Shown: positions 47,523-59,253 of the stretch, one piece after another
How positions within the stretch are numbered: the stretch's first letter is position 1
Layout: every line of letters begins with the position of its first letter
Origin: Podospora anserina
Lineage: Eukaryota
Length of the DNA: 64,000 bases
NCBI GenBank assembly: GCA_017654855.1
Contig: CM030332.1
Coordinates: forward strand, 6,386,001-6,450,000
Direction of reading: 5' to 3'
Notes under the pieces: model-generated
The model's input: the letters and a program-made list of their open reading frames with translations, nothing else
The model's database searches: none
Told to the model about the DNA's origin: nothing
Program-made: the position numbers and the translations under genes

Positions 47523-48780
47523 GTTCACCAAACCCGTGCCTCGTTATCCCGTTCTATCTCCGCCATTACCATCTCCTACAAACCGTGAGAAAACACCAGC
47601 AGTGAAACACCTTTGACGGCGACGACGGGAAGCTTCTAAATTAAATGTCGCACGTAACCTTCTTTTCACACAGAACAGAACACACTCGCCGCCCATCATC
47701 ACCAATGTCACGGTAAGCTGCAGCTAGCTCTCTTCAGCAACAACAGCAACAACAACAACAACAACCAAATATTGAAGCCCGAGAGTCTGGGTTGGTGTAT
47801 CTGTGATACCCACCATGATCTGATCTCCGGACGGTATTCCGTTGCTTCGCTGACCACCATCGCCACCAATCACCTCCCTTCCGATACCACCCTCTCCAGG
47901 ACCCTGAACTCTTCAGACCGCCGAATCGATCTACACTTCCCCTACTCTGCAGCAACGCCCAGTCTTTTCTTTCTTGCACAGGTCAACTTGATTAGGGCTA
48001 CTGTGCCTGTTGAGCCTCGTCTTTAAACGGCCACCCACCAGTAGTCAACGCAGTAAAAAGCCACATAACCAAGGTTAAACATCCATCCCCGATCCTCTGC
48101 CCCGCCCGTAAACCGGCTGCGGTCGCCGACAACGGGCATTGGGGCGAACCGCAGAATCAGCACAGCATCCGTCCAAAGCCCGTCATCCTCTTACCAACAT
48201 TGCAGCACACACACCCCTATCCGAAGGGGTTCCGGCCAGCCGACCTGGGGGAGGGGAGGCAGTGCTCTGCACCATAGCGGGTCCCTCCCTTCCATCCCAT
48301 CCTATCTCTTCCCCCATCCATCTGATATCCCACTATCCCTGTTTCTGTCCCTACATGTCAAATCTGACGGATGATAACAGACGACAGCCTTACAGAAATT
48401 GTCACAGAAGTTTCTTTCTGTGAGTGTGTGTGTGGCCTTCTATGTGCAAGCCACCTCATCATCTCACCACTCTGTTTTTGTTGTGCTCCGGCTCCGATTG
48501 ACGACTACGGAGAATAAAATCCTAGCGGGGAGAGGGGAAAGTTTGTACGACTACCTTTTGGGAACCAACGAGAGGTTTGTGTTAGGGTAGTGGGTTCTCA
48601 GTACCTGGATTGGGAATACAAACCCGGTGTTTGGGAGGGGGGATGGTATGATGGCGAAGGTGGTGGGACATAGGTGGAGGTGTTCATCCCATGCTGGGGA
48701 GTAAAGGTAGAGATTGTAGAGAATGGTGGGGATAGGATGATTGTGTTCCTGAGGGGAAACGTAACACGGTGCTGAGGTGT
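47523..48780 (+). pseudogene. Multi-exon eroded gene or spliced non-coding/small-ORF transcript
   Basis: Intron-like units at 47585-47673, 47713-47899 (GTAAGC..GCTGAC..CAG) and 48420-48525 (GTGAGT..TTGAC..TAG), plus an acceptor at 48380. No long continuous frame. Confidence 0.4.
47735..47765 (+). repeat. (CAA/CAG)n microsatellite, about 10 units
   Basis: cagcaacaacagcaacaacaacaacaacaac. Confidence 0.9.
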
Positions 48781-49189
48781 CGAGAGGATCTGAGTCGGCA
48801 GGGCTGGCAAGGGAAACCCGGAAAAAGCCTCAGAGTTGATTAAATGTAAAAACTGAACTTTGTAGGAATCAGCGCGATGTAACGGGAGGGGAGCTGTGGG
48901 AATTGAGATTGTTAGTTGGGATGTAGGAATGTATTGAAGTGAAGATGGGTTTGGTCTCCGGGGCCGGTTGTTGCGGTGATGCAAATGGGACTGCAGAGTT
49001 GCTGTTGATGTTGATGTCGTTTAGGCCCCTATTCGAGTCGATTCCAATGTGATTCAAAGTTGTTGAACGGAGCGGGCGGAAGAAGCTGTGCTTGTGTTTT
49101 CATGAAAATGCGTACGGCATGTTGTGCGTATACGTCTGCTCTGCAATTAGCATGTCCTGCCGCTCGGAAGAGTACCTATTTGGCTTAAA

Positions 49190-49600
49190 TCGTGCGATTG
49201 TAGTTGTATTCCTGGCAGGCTCATACTTGTTATGATATATCTTGGGGTTGTAGTTCCTGGCTCTGGGTTGCTCTCGGTGCCTTTTGTTGTACCTAGTCGT
49301 CGGCTGGTTCCGGGCAGGCTCTCATTGTTGTTGTCGTTCCTTGGTGGGCCCCTATTGTACCTGCTTGTAGTTATAGTCGTACTTCCCGCACACGTTGGTC
49401 AAAACATTATATGGGCAGATACCTCTCGGCGGCCTTGTTGTAGTTGTGGTTCTCGCAGATTCTACTTGCAGCTGTGGTCCTTGGCCAGCTGTAGTTGCTC
49501 TTATGCGGGTCCTGGCAGTCTCAAATTGTAGTTGTTTTCGGCAGGGTCTAGTTGTAGTTGCTCTCGGCGGTCATAGTTGTAGTTGTAGTTGTAGCCTTAC
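49190..49600 (-). repeat. Degenerate minisatellite built on GCCGAGAG..CAACTACAAC
   Basis: Repeated TGTAGTTG words on the + strand with variable GC-rich spacers. Confidence 0.7.
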
Positions 49601-51616
49601 TGGTCACAGTTGATGTTGCTCCGAGCACAGAGCGCCCGATGTTGTGAGATTCGATGTAGCCACAACCCCTTTTGGCAAAGTGAAGTCCAGAGCTACAGTG
49701 GTATAGTCTGGTCGGAACCCCTTTTCTGTACAAGATGCAGTTGTGATACCCTTTCCATCCCTTTCATCCCCTGTTCAGAGGTTGGCAGCAGCTGCCACGT
49801 AGGTATCGTATCGATTGAGCTAACAGGCTGGTATGATCCAATGGTCAGGTCGGTAGCTTGAAAGTTTGGTCTGGAGATGTCGGTCGTCTTCTCGGGCTCT
49901 TGTTGGATTTAGAAGTACATATCAGTGCCAGCTCGAAGATATTTTCCACAGCAAGGCATACCTCCAAATTTTGTCTGTCTTTATGTCGACCTAATGTGGT
50001 TGGCGGCCAGGAGAGAATACGACGAGCCAGGGATGTTGGTAATGGAAGATGAGCCAACGATGGCGGTGAGATAGGAGTGGTGACTTTTGCCGTCGAGTGC
50101 ATTGTGGGTTTTGTTGATGGCCGAATGACTGTTGACGTCGCCCTGGAAGCAGGCAGGGCCTCTTTCGATGCGTGTACTGAATGCTGGTTGCTCAGTCATG
50201 TGTCTCGGTGCCAGGAACCGAATAAGGCTGTCCGGGACCCTCTATCAATTCGACATCATCTCTGCGGCTTTCCCGGAGATTGCTGAGATATTGGAAGCCC
50301 GAGCTCCCATCCAGTTCCGCGCCAGCAGGGGCGGATCCGGAAAGAAGACGGGAGCGCTGACTGTTCGCAATGATGCGGAGCCGGCGCCGAGCTGGCCGGA
50401 GCTGAACTGGCCGGAGCTCTGGCCGAACCTGGGCTGTTAACTGGAGCTGAGCTCTCCGGAGCCGTGGGTATTGACGTAACGAGAGATTCCAAGTCCAAGG
50501 GAATCTCACCAAACTCGCCTGGCAAGGACAAGCAGTTCGCCGGCTCCTCCTCCATGACCATCTTCTTCTTCGACATCTTCTTCACCACCAACTAGCCTCC
50601 CACATATACCCCTTCTCCCTGGAAGGACGTGACGCCAACTACCTCTAATAAAACTGCATCATCGAGAACTCAGCGGCAGAAACTCCGATCTCTCCCCTTT
50701 GAGAAAACCCGTCTATCGCTGGACACACAGGCTGCAGAACACCCCTTCCATGGCCTCACTGATACCACCGCCTGCATCTTAAACGACTCGAAATTAGCCT
50801 TGTAGGCAACACATGCCTATCAAGCATTGAATTAAAGGTAAGTCGATGTCGAACCCAAGCGCTCAGAATAGCAGCTGAATTTGCAGAAAACCCAGTTCCG
50901 TTAGTTCCAATACGATCTTTCCTCGCAACATCCATGCCCATACCACAACGATCAATTACCAATAACCCAAGAAGGAGGATATAAAACAGCAGAGATGGAA
51001 GGACACACATTCCCTGGTTATGGACTGTAGAACGAAGTCTCCAAACACCAGAAACAATAGACAATCGCAGTTCACTCCAAGTTAGTGTGGGACGGTAGAC
51101 CGTTCGTTATCCTATGACAATTAAGGACCCTTGATTCGCACAAGAAGGACTCAGGGGGCCATGCTTAATTGGACCTGTCCATTAAGACCAGGCTGTCCAG
51201 TACTGAGGTAGAGAGTTAGTTAAACTGTGGTCCTTTGGTGATGCGTGGTACGTGCTTGCCTGAAAATAAAACGAGCTCATTTGGTACTAAACAAGCTCGT
51301 TTAACTTTAATATGAGTTTGCTTAAACATTGAACTAAGATGTGAAAGAGACTACTTTGTCTCAGGTCTCCATGAAGTGGATCACATGTATATTATCGCAG
51401 CCTTGAGCTTTTCCACCTCGTAATGTGACTGATGCTAGTGAAACAGACATAAATTGTGAGCCATATGTACTTGCATAACCTCCGCGAGGCAAAAGTTGTT
51501 CCATCAAAAGGGTACTAGTAAAGAATACAGCCCACGTGACGTTATTGGATTGCGCATAGTGGTCCAAAGAAGACGAAAAGACATGGATCCTGCGCACGTT
51601 ATCCCAACCACAGTCA

Positions 51617-51664
51617 CCAGATAAACAGCAGACCAGATAAACAGCAGGCCAGATAAACAGTAGA
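51617..51664 (+). repeat. 16-bp tandem repeat x3 (CCAGATAAACAGCAGA)
   Basis: Units start at 51617, 51633 and 51649, each with at most 1 mismatch to the first. Confidence 0.9.
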
Positions 51665-51846
51665 GGCGAGACTACCCACCAGACAAAAGAAAGAGAAATG
51701 GGATGATCTGCAGTCCCGAAGCCACCGGCTTGATATAAAGCCGCAGTACGATGAATGTTGGAAGAATAATAACCGCAGAGGCAGCCCAGGGATTCCATGT
51801 GCCAATATAATTCAACCTAGAGTGCCATCGAGGGGACCATGCCATA

Positions 51847-54800
51847 ATGACTGACTGGTTCGAGGTGCCCCACTCAGTTCAAGACATGCTCGGGCCAGAT
51901 ATCAGTGGATGCCTCAGCAGCAGTCTCGGGCCGCCGGCATAGAGACTCGCACCAGCAGTTTCGCGGAGCCAAAGGTGCCCCGGCGGTACCAGAGACCGAA
52001 AGTGAAGCTCAGAAGGAATGCAAAGAATTGCAAAGGCGCATGGTAGGCAGCATAAACGATAAGAAAGAGTACTCAACTCAGCCAAAAGATATGCCAGGAG
52101 ACGAGGACTTTCGTCCTCAACCAGGAGCAGTAGTGCCGTCTGCGAGGTTGTACATATCAAGATTCTGGGGTACTTACCGGGAGACCCGCCACCATCTCGG
52201 ACCCGCGGTCCTGCCGCCGCCGCCGTCGACCTCACCGGGACTTGGCCCCCGGTTCATGGAGATAGCCAGATAATTTGCAGCCTGGCATTGAAACATAACT
52301 CCTCATCGGGTCACCAAACAGCCTTCCTTCGATGCCCAAGAGGAGCCCCAAGTAACCGTAGATACCTTATTTCACAGTGATGATGTTCCCCGAAGTTTAG
52401 GCAGGGCCCAACGCCAAGTCTCGGGTAACACAGCGCCTGGTAAACCTTGTGTAGCTTATCCCTGCCGCCGCCAAACCCGCGTTTTTGCCGAAGTTACCTA
52501 GCGCGCACGGGTCAACGTTGCTTCGGTTGCTGGTGGTGCATGCTTGGTTCAGCCTCGTGTCGCGCCAGTTGATCCATCGCCAACTCCCTTCAACTTGCAA
52601 GAGACCTATGCGACGGTCTGATACTCGATCCATACCACTTTTCCCAAGTCTTTACGTGTGCCGGCACCCCTCAAAGAACCCGGTAAGCTGCTTTGATGGA
52701 CATTCTGGCTCTTCAATGCCCCGTTACAGAGCCCCTTCACTCCTGGAAGCACATGCTTTGTCTACATAGCCATATCTACATCATGGCGCCTGGCCTGGTC
52801 TGCCTGCTAACCTGATTGATATCTCCAGACTCTACACAAGACTGTACCCCGCTTCGGACGACGACGAGCCCCGAACCGATCGAATACCGAATAGCAACCA
52901 AGGAGGAGACAACTTCAAGGTATGGACATCTGATTATGGTCTTGTTTTAGTTTCGTATCTCTCCCGTCAAGCCGACTGCCCGGATTCAGGGCCATCAACC
53001 GAGATACCCCAACCCCGTTCCCGAAGTCTAGCACCCACGATATATGCTCTACCCCCAAGCCCGTCGTTCCCGATTACACCCGAGAAGGATACACTGCCCA
53101 AGACTCCCGCTGAGCCGGCCCCTATTCTGTCAACCTCATCCCGCCGGTTCGTGTGCCCAGTGGTATCAAAGCAGGACTCAACAGGTATCAGCCCCACTCG
53201 CCAGCCAGTGGCTATGAGACTATTCGGAGGAAAAAAACGTGAGCATAGGCATCATGGATGCTTGTTCAGTCTCTAGTGCTTGACTTGCTGCCTGGGAGTC
53301 TAGTCAGTTGTTGAGCTCGGTAGTGTCAAAAGTTTGCCCCGAAGAGCCTTTGGCTTATTAAAGCCAGCCCGTGGTTGAGGAAGCTTCATACAGGAGGAGG
53401 GAACAAATGGCCGGCATTGATGGACAACCAGGCTCGCCAGCGGCTCGACGTCGTTTATGGCGGGGCCAGAAGCTTTGCTGTCTTGAAAGGGGAAGGTTTC
53501 CAGAGACATCCACAAGGGCCGAGGACATTGGACGCCTCCACATTTCTATACTTCTGGGGACTATAGTCTGTCAGACTTCGGTTGCTTGCCAGAAGTCCAG
53601 GTAGTGGCTGGAGGAGTGCCTTGTCACCCAAGACTATTCACCTCCTGGTCTAGGGGCTCAGAGCGATGGACCAGGGGTTCAGAGCAGATGACTGGAGGAA
53701 ACCTGACGGTCGACCCCTCGACGCAAACCCAAGCGCTTGAATTTTCAAACGGCCGCCCTATGTCACTGCTCGTCCTCTGCCGTTGTCGACGACCCACGCG
53801 ATGAAGATTGCCCAGCTTTCGTCGACTGGAACTCGTCGACCCTTCGCGTTAGAAGGACTCCTTGGCTTTCACACGCATCTTGTCTTGCTTGGCCGGCTAC
53901 TCGTGGCTTCGGGATGGGATTGCCATGCAACAGGCTACATCGAAAGACAGGTTTCGTTCGTCAGCGACTCCCCATTCTCGAGTCGAGTCACCTGTGGTTA
54001 GCAACCGCCCTGCCATACGATCCGTCCTCAACTCGCCCCCTTAGCCTCTGCCTTCGAACAGCTCACCGCTGGCCCTTCGAGTAGCCACGACATCGATAGA
54101 CTCTGGGATACGACATCGGTAGACTGCGACAAGACAGGCGGGGAATACTGGGTTACCACAGGCTCCTCATACTTGTTGGTTTCGTTGCCTCTCGCCAACT
54201 ACAGCCATCTCCGAGCCAACCAAGAGAATAGGGGAGTTGAACTACACAGACCAGAAATATCGTTGGACGTGTTACCCACACCAGACCGCCGAGCAATTTT
54301 TGCCAACCTCTCAGCCAGATGCTTGTCGTCGACCATGATCCTTCTCCAGTCTACCAGGAGTACAGACTGCCCCCAGCAGAAACGACACTCCGCCTCGAGC
54401 CCCCGCTTTCACAGCACTACCATACCGGCAACTCCCAGAAGGCTTGTTCAAGGCGGGTAGCAAGGACCAGATTCCCAAACACTCAAAGCTCCTGCTGCAC
54501 TACCTCCCCGGCAGCTCTCGATCCTGATCTAGTCCCAGACCATCACCAAGGCTACGCTGCGCGAACTGTCAGCTACATTTGCTTCGGCTCTTTCCCCGTT
54601 GCAACCCATGAGGCACTGGACACTAGAGACCCCAGACATGCCTTCGAGGACCAGTCTGCTGCTGTCTCATTGCGGTATCCGCCCCGAATTCCCTGAAGTC
54701 CAACCCAGTCAAGGAGCTCATATCTCCGCCCACGTTCGACCGGAGCTCTTCGTTTTTCAATTACTTCTTGTCCTCCATGGTCACAAGCCAGTGATGCAAA

Positions 54801-56690
54801 GAAACCAGCAAAAAGCGGCAAAAAATCTCAACCGTGTCTGGGGTGTCGACAAGCTCCATGCTGCTTGTTTGAGATTCCACGCCTTCACACAAGCCAGCTC
54901 TCCATCTGAGCCTCTAGTTGCTTCACAGCAGGACGAGAACACGCCTGATATGTCACATAAGTCACCCACATGATAGTGCTATCTCTCTGTGCTGCTCTCC
55001 CTGCTTGTGGTGCCGCTCCACTCCGCTAGCCCGAGCTCGCCGGAGACGCCTTACGCAGCCACAGACATCCTGTGCTCCGTAGACAGCACGTTTCAAGATT
55101 GAAAAGATGGGAGCAGGGTAACATAGTGTTCTTGGTACTGGAGGCTTCTACCAGTAGGCATTGGCAGTATGCGGCGCTTCGCGCAGTTCCGCTGAGAGAG
55201 TCCAAGAACCCCTTTTACAGCCCCACCGACCACAAACAAGAGCTTGGCCGCAGTAGCCACATGCCTGGCTTGGCACAGGCGCCTCTTTTACAAGGCTGAG
55301 AACCCCTTTCCAGACGTATTACTGGTCATCAGATGGAAGAGTCCGCAATCACCACGAGAAAAGGTCACCAAAAATTACTCTGGGAGGCAAATGAGATGCC
55401 TATCAGCCTACCTACCCGCGAGCGTCCACCTTGGCCCAGTCAACCTACCTCTAAACAAGAGCCTGTCAAGCAACCCACATCTGCCTGACCATCAATTTGA
55501 AGGATCCATGGTAGAGCAGAAACAATTACCACCCGACAGACCCGAAACGACTTCAGACAAGAGTAAAAAGCGGAGATAAGAGACAAAGCTATATCAGACG
55601 GAGAACAATGTAGGCACAGAACTAAGGAGACAACGCCCCACTGTCGGGCTTTAATTGTCTTTCGGTCCTACCGGTCTTTTCTTGCCTGTCGGGGTCGACT
55701 GCTTGACGGCGCCGAAAGGCCGAAGGTAGCCACCAGAGGCGCGCCCTATCTATTGAGGCTCCTTTCTCTGAGATCTCTTCCCGCTCTCTCTCTTCCTGGT
55801 ACTGAACCACAGTCAAGACGTCAAGAGAACCCAAGCCGCCAAGGACATCCAAGCCGTCAATAACATCCAAGTCCAAGTACCGATATTCATGCTGCCAAGA
55901 CCATTCAGGCCATCAAGAACCCGGGGAGAGCCAGGGCCTAGCACTTGGTTTGCCGTCCATGTGCTTTTCCGTCGGTAGACGGTTGAGCCAAACAAAGTCC
56001 ATGGAAGTAAGTAGTCCTCCCCGTCATGCCATCATCTCCAGCACTGGCTAACCGTTCTTTCCCAGGCACTCTTCTGAGATGGACATCGTCCTATTCCTTT
56101 GGACTTGCTCTGCTACCTCATAGTTCTCACAAAGACGCCGCCCCTTTTCACGATCCACCGAGTTATTCCTCAACCTACGGCGTGAACACATCACTGGCCC
56201 TCCATCCGACGAAAGAGATGACTCCGAACAAACCCAAAACGTCTCTTCAATCAAGATCCCTCCGATCGAACCCTCAACTGTCAAGCCAAACTCTATTCAA
56301 AGGCCTCGAGCAGGCCCAAGGCAGCTTGAAGACAAACTCCCGGAGCCAGTTGCACCGCACTCTAGCTCGATCGATCCGTTCCACGGCAGGGCTTCAGTTC
56401 GCATCAGAAACTAGCCAGGACGGATGGGAGTATACTCGAGACGGTACAGAGCCGAGAAGGATTGACATGCCAAAACGCCCATGTTCTTGGATCATTGCTC
56501 TACACGCCGCGACAACCGGACACATTGGAGCGGGTTCGACCGGGACTTCTCTCTGCTTAGGGGCTTTCGGCGGTCCTCTGTTTGTTGTTTTGTCCACAGC
56601 CTCCGAGATTGTTTCAACCGGGAACTCTGGACTGGCGTGCTTTTGCCTGTTCAAAGTTGGCAACACTTCTTCTAGGACGGGAACTTGACC
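51847..56690 (+). pseudogene. Long decayed orphan gene(s): chain of frameshifted protein-like ORF pieces
   Basis: gccataATG at 51847; overlapping ORFs of roughly 70-220 codons tile the + strand; intron-like 52683-52828 (GTAAGC..GCTAAC..CAG); no recognisable domain. Confidence 0.35.
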
Positions 56691-59003
56691 TAGACGACGT
56701 GGAATACTTCGAGATGGTTGTAGCTGCCCTTGACCAAAGTTGGTTTGCTGGGTGGCTCAGCTGTGTCTACTGCTTGGTTTCTTGTTGTTTCCAGATGATT
56801 ATTGGAACACTTCTAGGGGTTGGATCGTGTGTCTGTTACTCTGCTTCCCGATTTCCCTGGGGAATTGGCTATGGAAGACTGGACGCCTACTTGGGGGTAG
56901 TTTACCGCCTGGAATTTTGGCAACAGTGCTAGATGACCTGTCTTTGGACCCCTCTGCTTGCACCTCCTGCTCTCATTGCCTCTGTTACTGGACTAGACAC
57001 AAAAATAACTGGCCATAATCAACTACTAGGTGTGCTGACCCCCTCACAGGTACGCCACACCGCCCACGCCCTGCCCCGAGCTCCCTTCCTCCACCCAGGA
57101 TTGTTTATTTCTGCCTTGTGGTCGCTCCTCACCCCACACTACCAAAGACTTTTTCTTCCTGCAACTTCGTTCTCATTCTTCGTGGCATTTGCCCCCCACG
57201 AATCACTCATCACCAGCTCTCGCGACCTTTTCTCACAGGTTACAGCAGATTCAGGACTACGACCACACTTGAACCATCATATCAGGTATGTATTCACGAT
57301 TCTTTGCCATCATCTTTTGGTTTTCCCTTCATCCCCAACTGTGGTCGCGGGCGAGGACTAGTTTGGTCCGGTCTCTTTTGACCACACTGCCAGTAGCAGT
57401 AATTTCCTACCTCACCTCTGCTTTATCCTTCTCAAACTCCTCAGATGTGTTTTCGTCCACCTCTCATTGTATCTCCCCAATCACAGATTGCACCATTGTT
57501 CCCTTCCCGGCTGGATTCATTGTTGTTCGTCATTCCTGGGCTTGTTGGTGATCAGGGTGTAAACAAACAAACAATCATTGTATCATCCTCTTCCAACACC
57601 CATTATATCTCATCTGAATGTCGGTTTCCCTCTGTCTTTGAAACACTGCTTTGTTAGCGTGGACTGGACACACATCGGACAACTTTAATCTTCTCAACTT
57701 CTCCCCGTTTATATACTCCCTCCACATTCAGCACCCTTCTATCCTATTGCCTACCTATCCACGCGAGCACCCATACTCTCTCGTGGTTCCCTTCAATAGC
57801 GATCCCGTACGTCGATGACGTATACAGGACACAACAGTATCGCTTCTCAATTTTCCTCGACCTAACAGTCAGCCAGCCCTATTAGCGTTGTCTACCACAA
57901 CACCCATCCACCATTCAGGTATTTGGAAACCCCCTCTTGTTTCTTTTCCCCTGCACCAACACCTTTTCTTCCACAGCCACAGTTGGACTTGAGACCCTTC
58001 TTCAATCACATCCTGTTCTTCCACCCTATGCCTCGTTGATCTTGAGTACCCCTTCACCTTCGAGTCGCTTGTCCACCCAGTCACTTCTTCATCAAAGCCA
58101 AGCACAACTCCAGTAAGCGACTCTCCACCGGGTCTGCTACCTTGACTGTCCTCCCCGTCCGCTGCCTTCACCTTCTTCACCTCTCGCTACACCCTCCCTG
58201 TTTGTCCAGGACATTACTAACACTTGATAATAGTTCCTCATTCCCGTCTTCAAACCGACCGCTTAACTCAGCCATAAGGTATACCATTCATCTTCTATTC
58301 ACTTATGAAAGACTTGAAGCTAACAAGTATTCGGCCCCCAGATAGCACCGACCTGACCGCAACGTAAGTCTACCACCCATCACAGCCCGATCTTCTAGAT
58401 CTATCGACATCAAGCTTCAGTCCAGCCAAGACGTTATGTGGTCGTGAAACCCCATCATCCTCTTCACCTTGCTTCTACACACCACACTACACCCCTATTA
58501 CAACTGCTGCACTGGCCACGCCTAGTCGCTCTTGGCAGACCCGCTTCTCCCACCCCTTTCCCCATTGTTTACTTTGGGTGGGGTCGGCGAAGTTGCTCCT
58601 AATGACCAATGCTCAGGCAGAAGTCACAAGGAGCTCACTAGGTTTCTCCTTAGGGAGTGTCCTATGTTCGCCCTGCACTCGTCCCTCATTTCCCTCACTT
58701 TATCCTACCTTCTCCGAGTGATTCCCACTGACTGCACAGCTCTCACTTTGGTTTCACAGCTTTTCGAGGAGAACAGACAATAACCATGATCTAGGGTTTT
58801 AGGCAGGGGTTTTCAGAGTTGGCAGTTCAAGAGGAAGCAAATCATTGGGATTTAGTCCTCGTCTTTCACACCTGTATCTCCAAGAACCACACTTGAGAGG
58901 GAAGAAGGGCAAACAAGAAGCCAGCACCAGGAGTTCACAAGCACAGAGCTTGACTCCTTGATTTCAGTTTTCGTCGATCGCCACCTTGAAGGTTGATCGA
59001 AGT

Positions 59004-59198
59004 GTACGTATTACAAACTCTCTGCCTTTGTTTTCCTATCACATCTTTATGGATCATCCTTTTCATCGCATCATATTTGCACTTTCACTTGGTCGGCGTT
59101 GAAGCTGGGACATGTTGTCTCGAGCCAAGGGTGCCGATTACGAATCGCAACCGTACATTTTGTTTCCGTTTGGGCATGTATTCTAATCTAATAGCCAG
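59004..59198 (+). other. Probable 5'-UTR intron of the RRM gene
   Basis: GTACGT donor at 59004, CTAAT branch at 59183, TAG/CAG acceptors at 59194/59198. Confidence 0.45.
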
Positions 59199-59253
59199 GG
59201 CTTAATCATATCTGATTTCAAAGCACACAAGAACTCTCACAAAAGCATCCACA

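Noticed and set aside
49190-49600. Repeat-spacer pattern suggestive of a CRISPR array
   Set aside because: Eukaryotic locus; repeats are short, degenerate and irregularly spaced; no cas genes.
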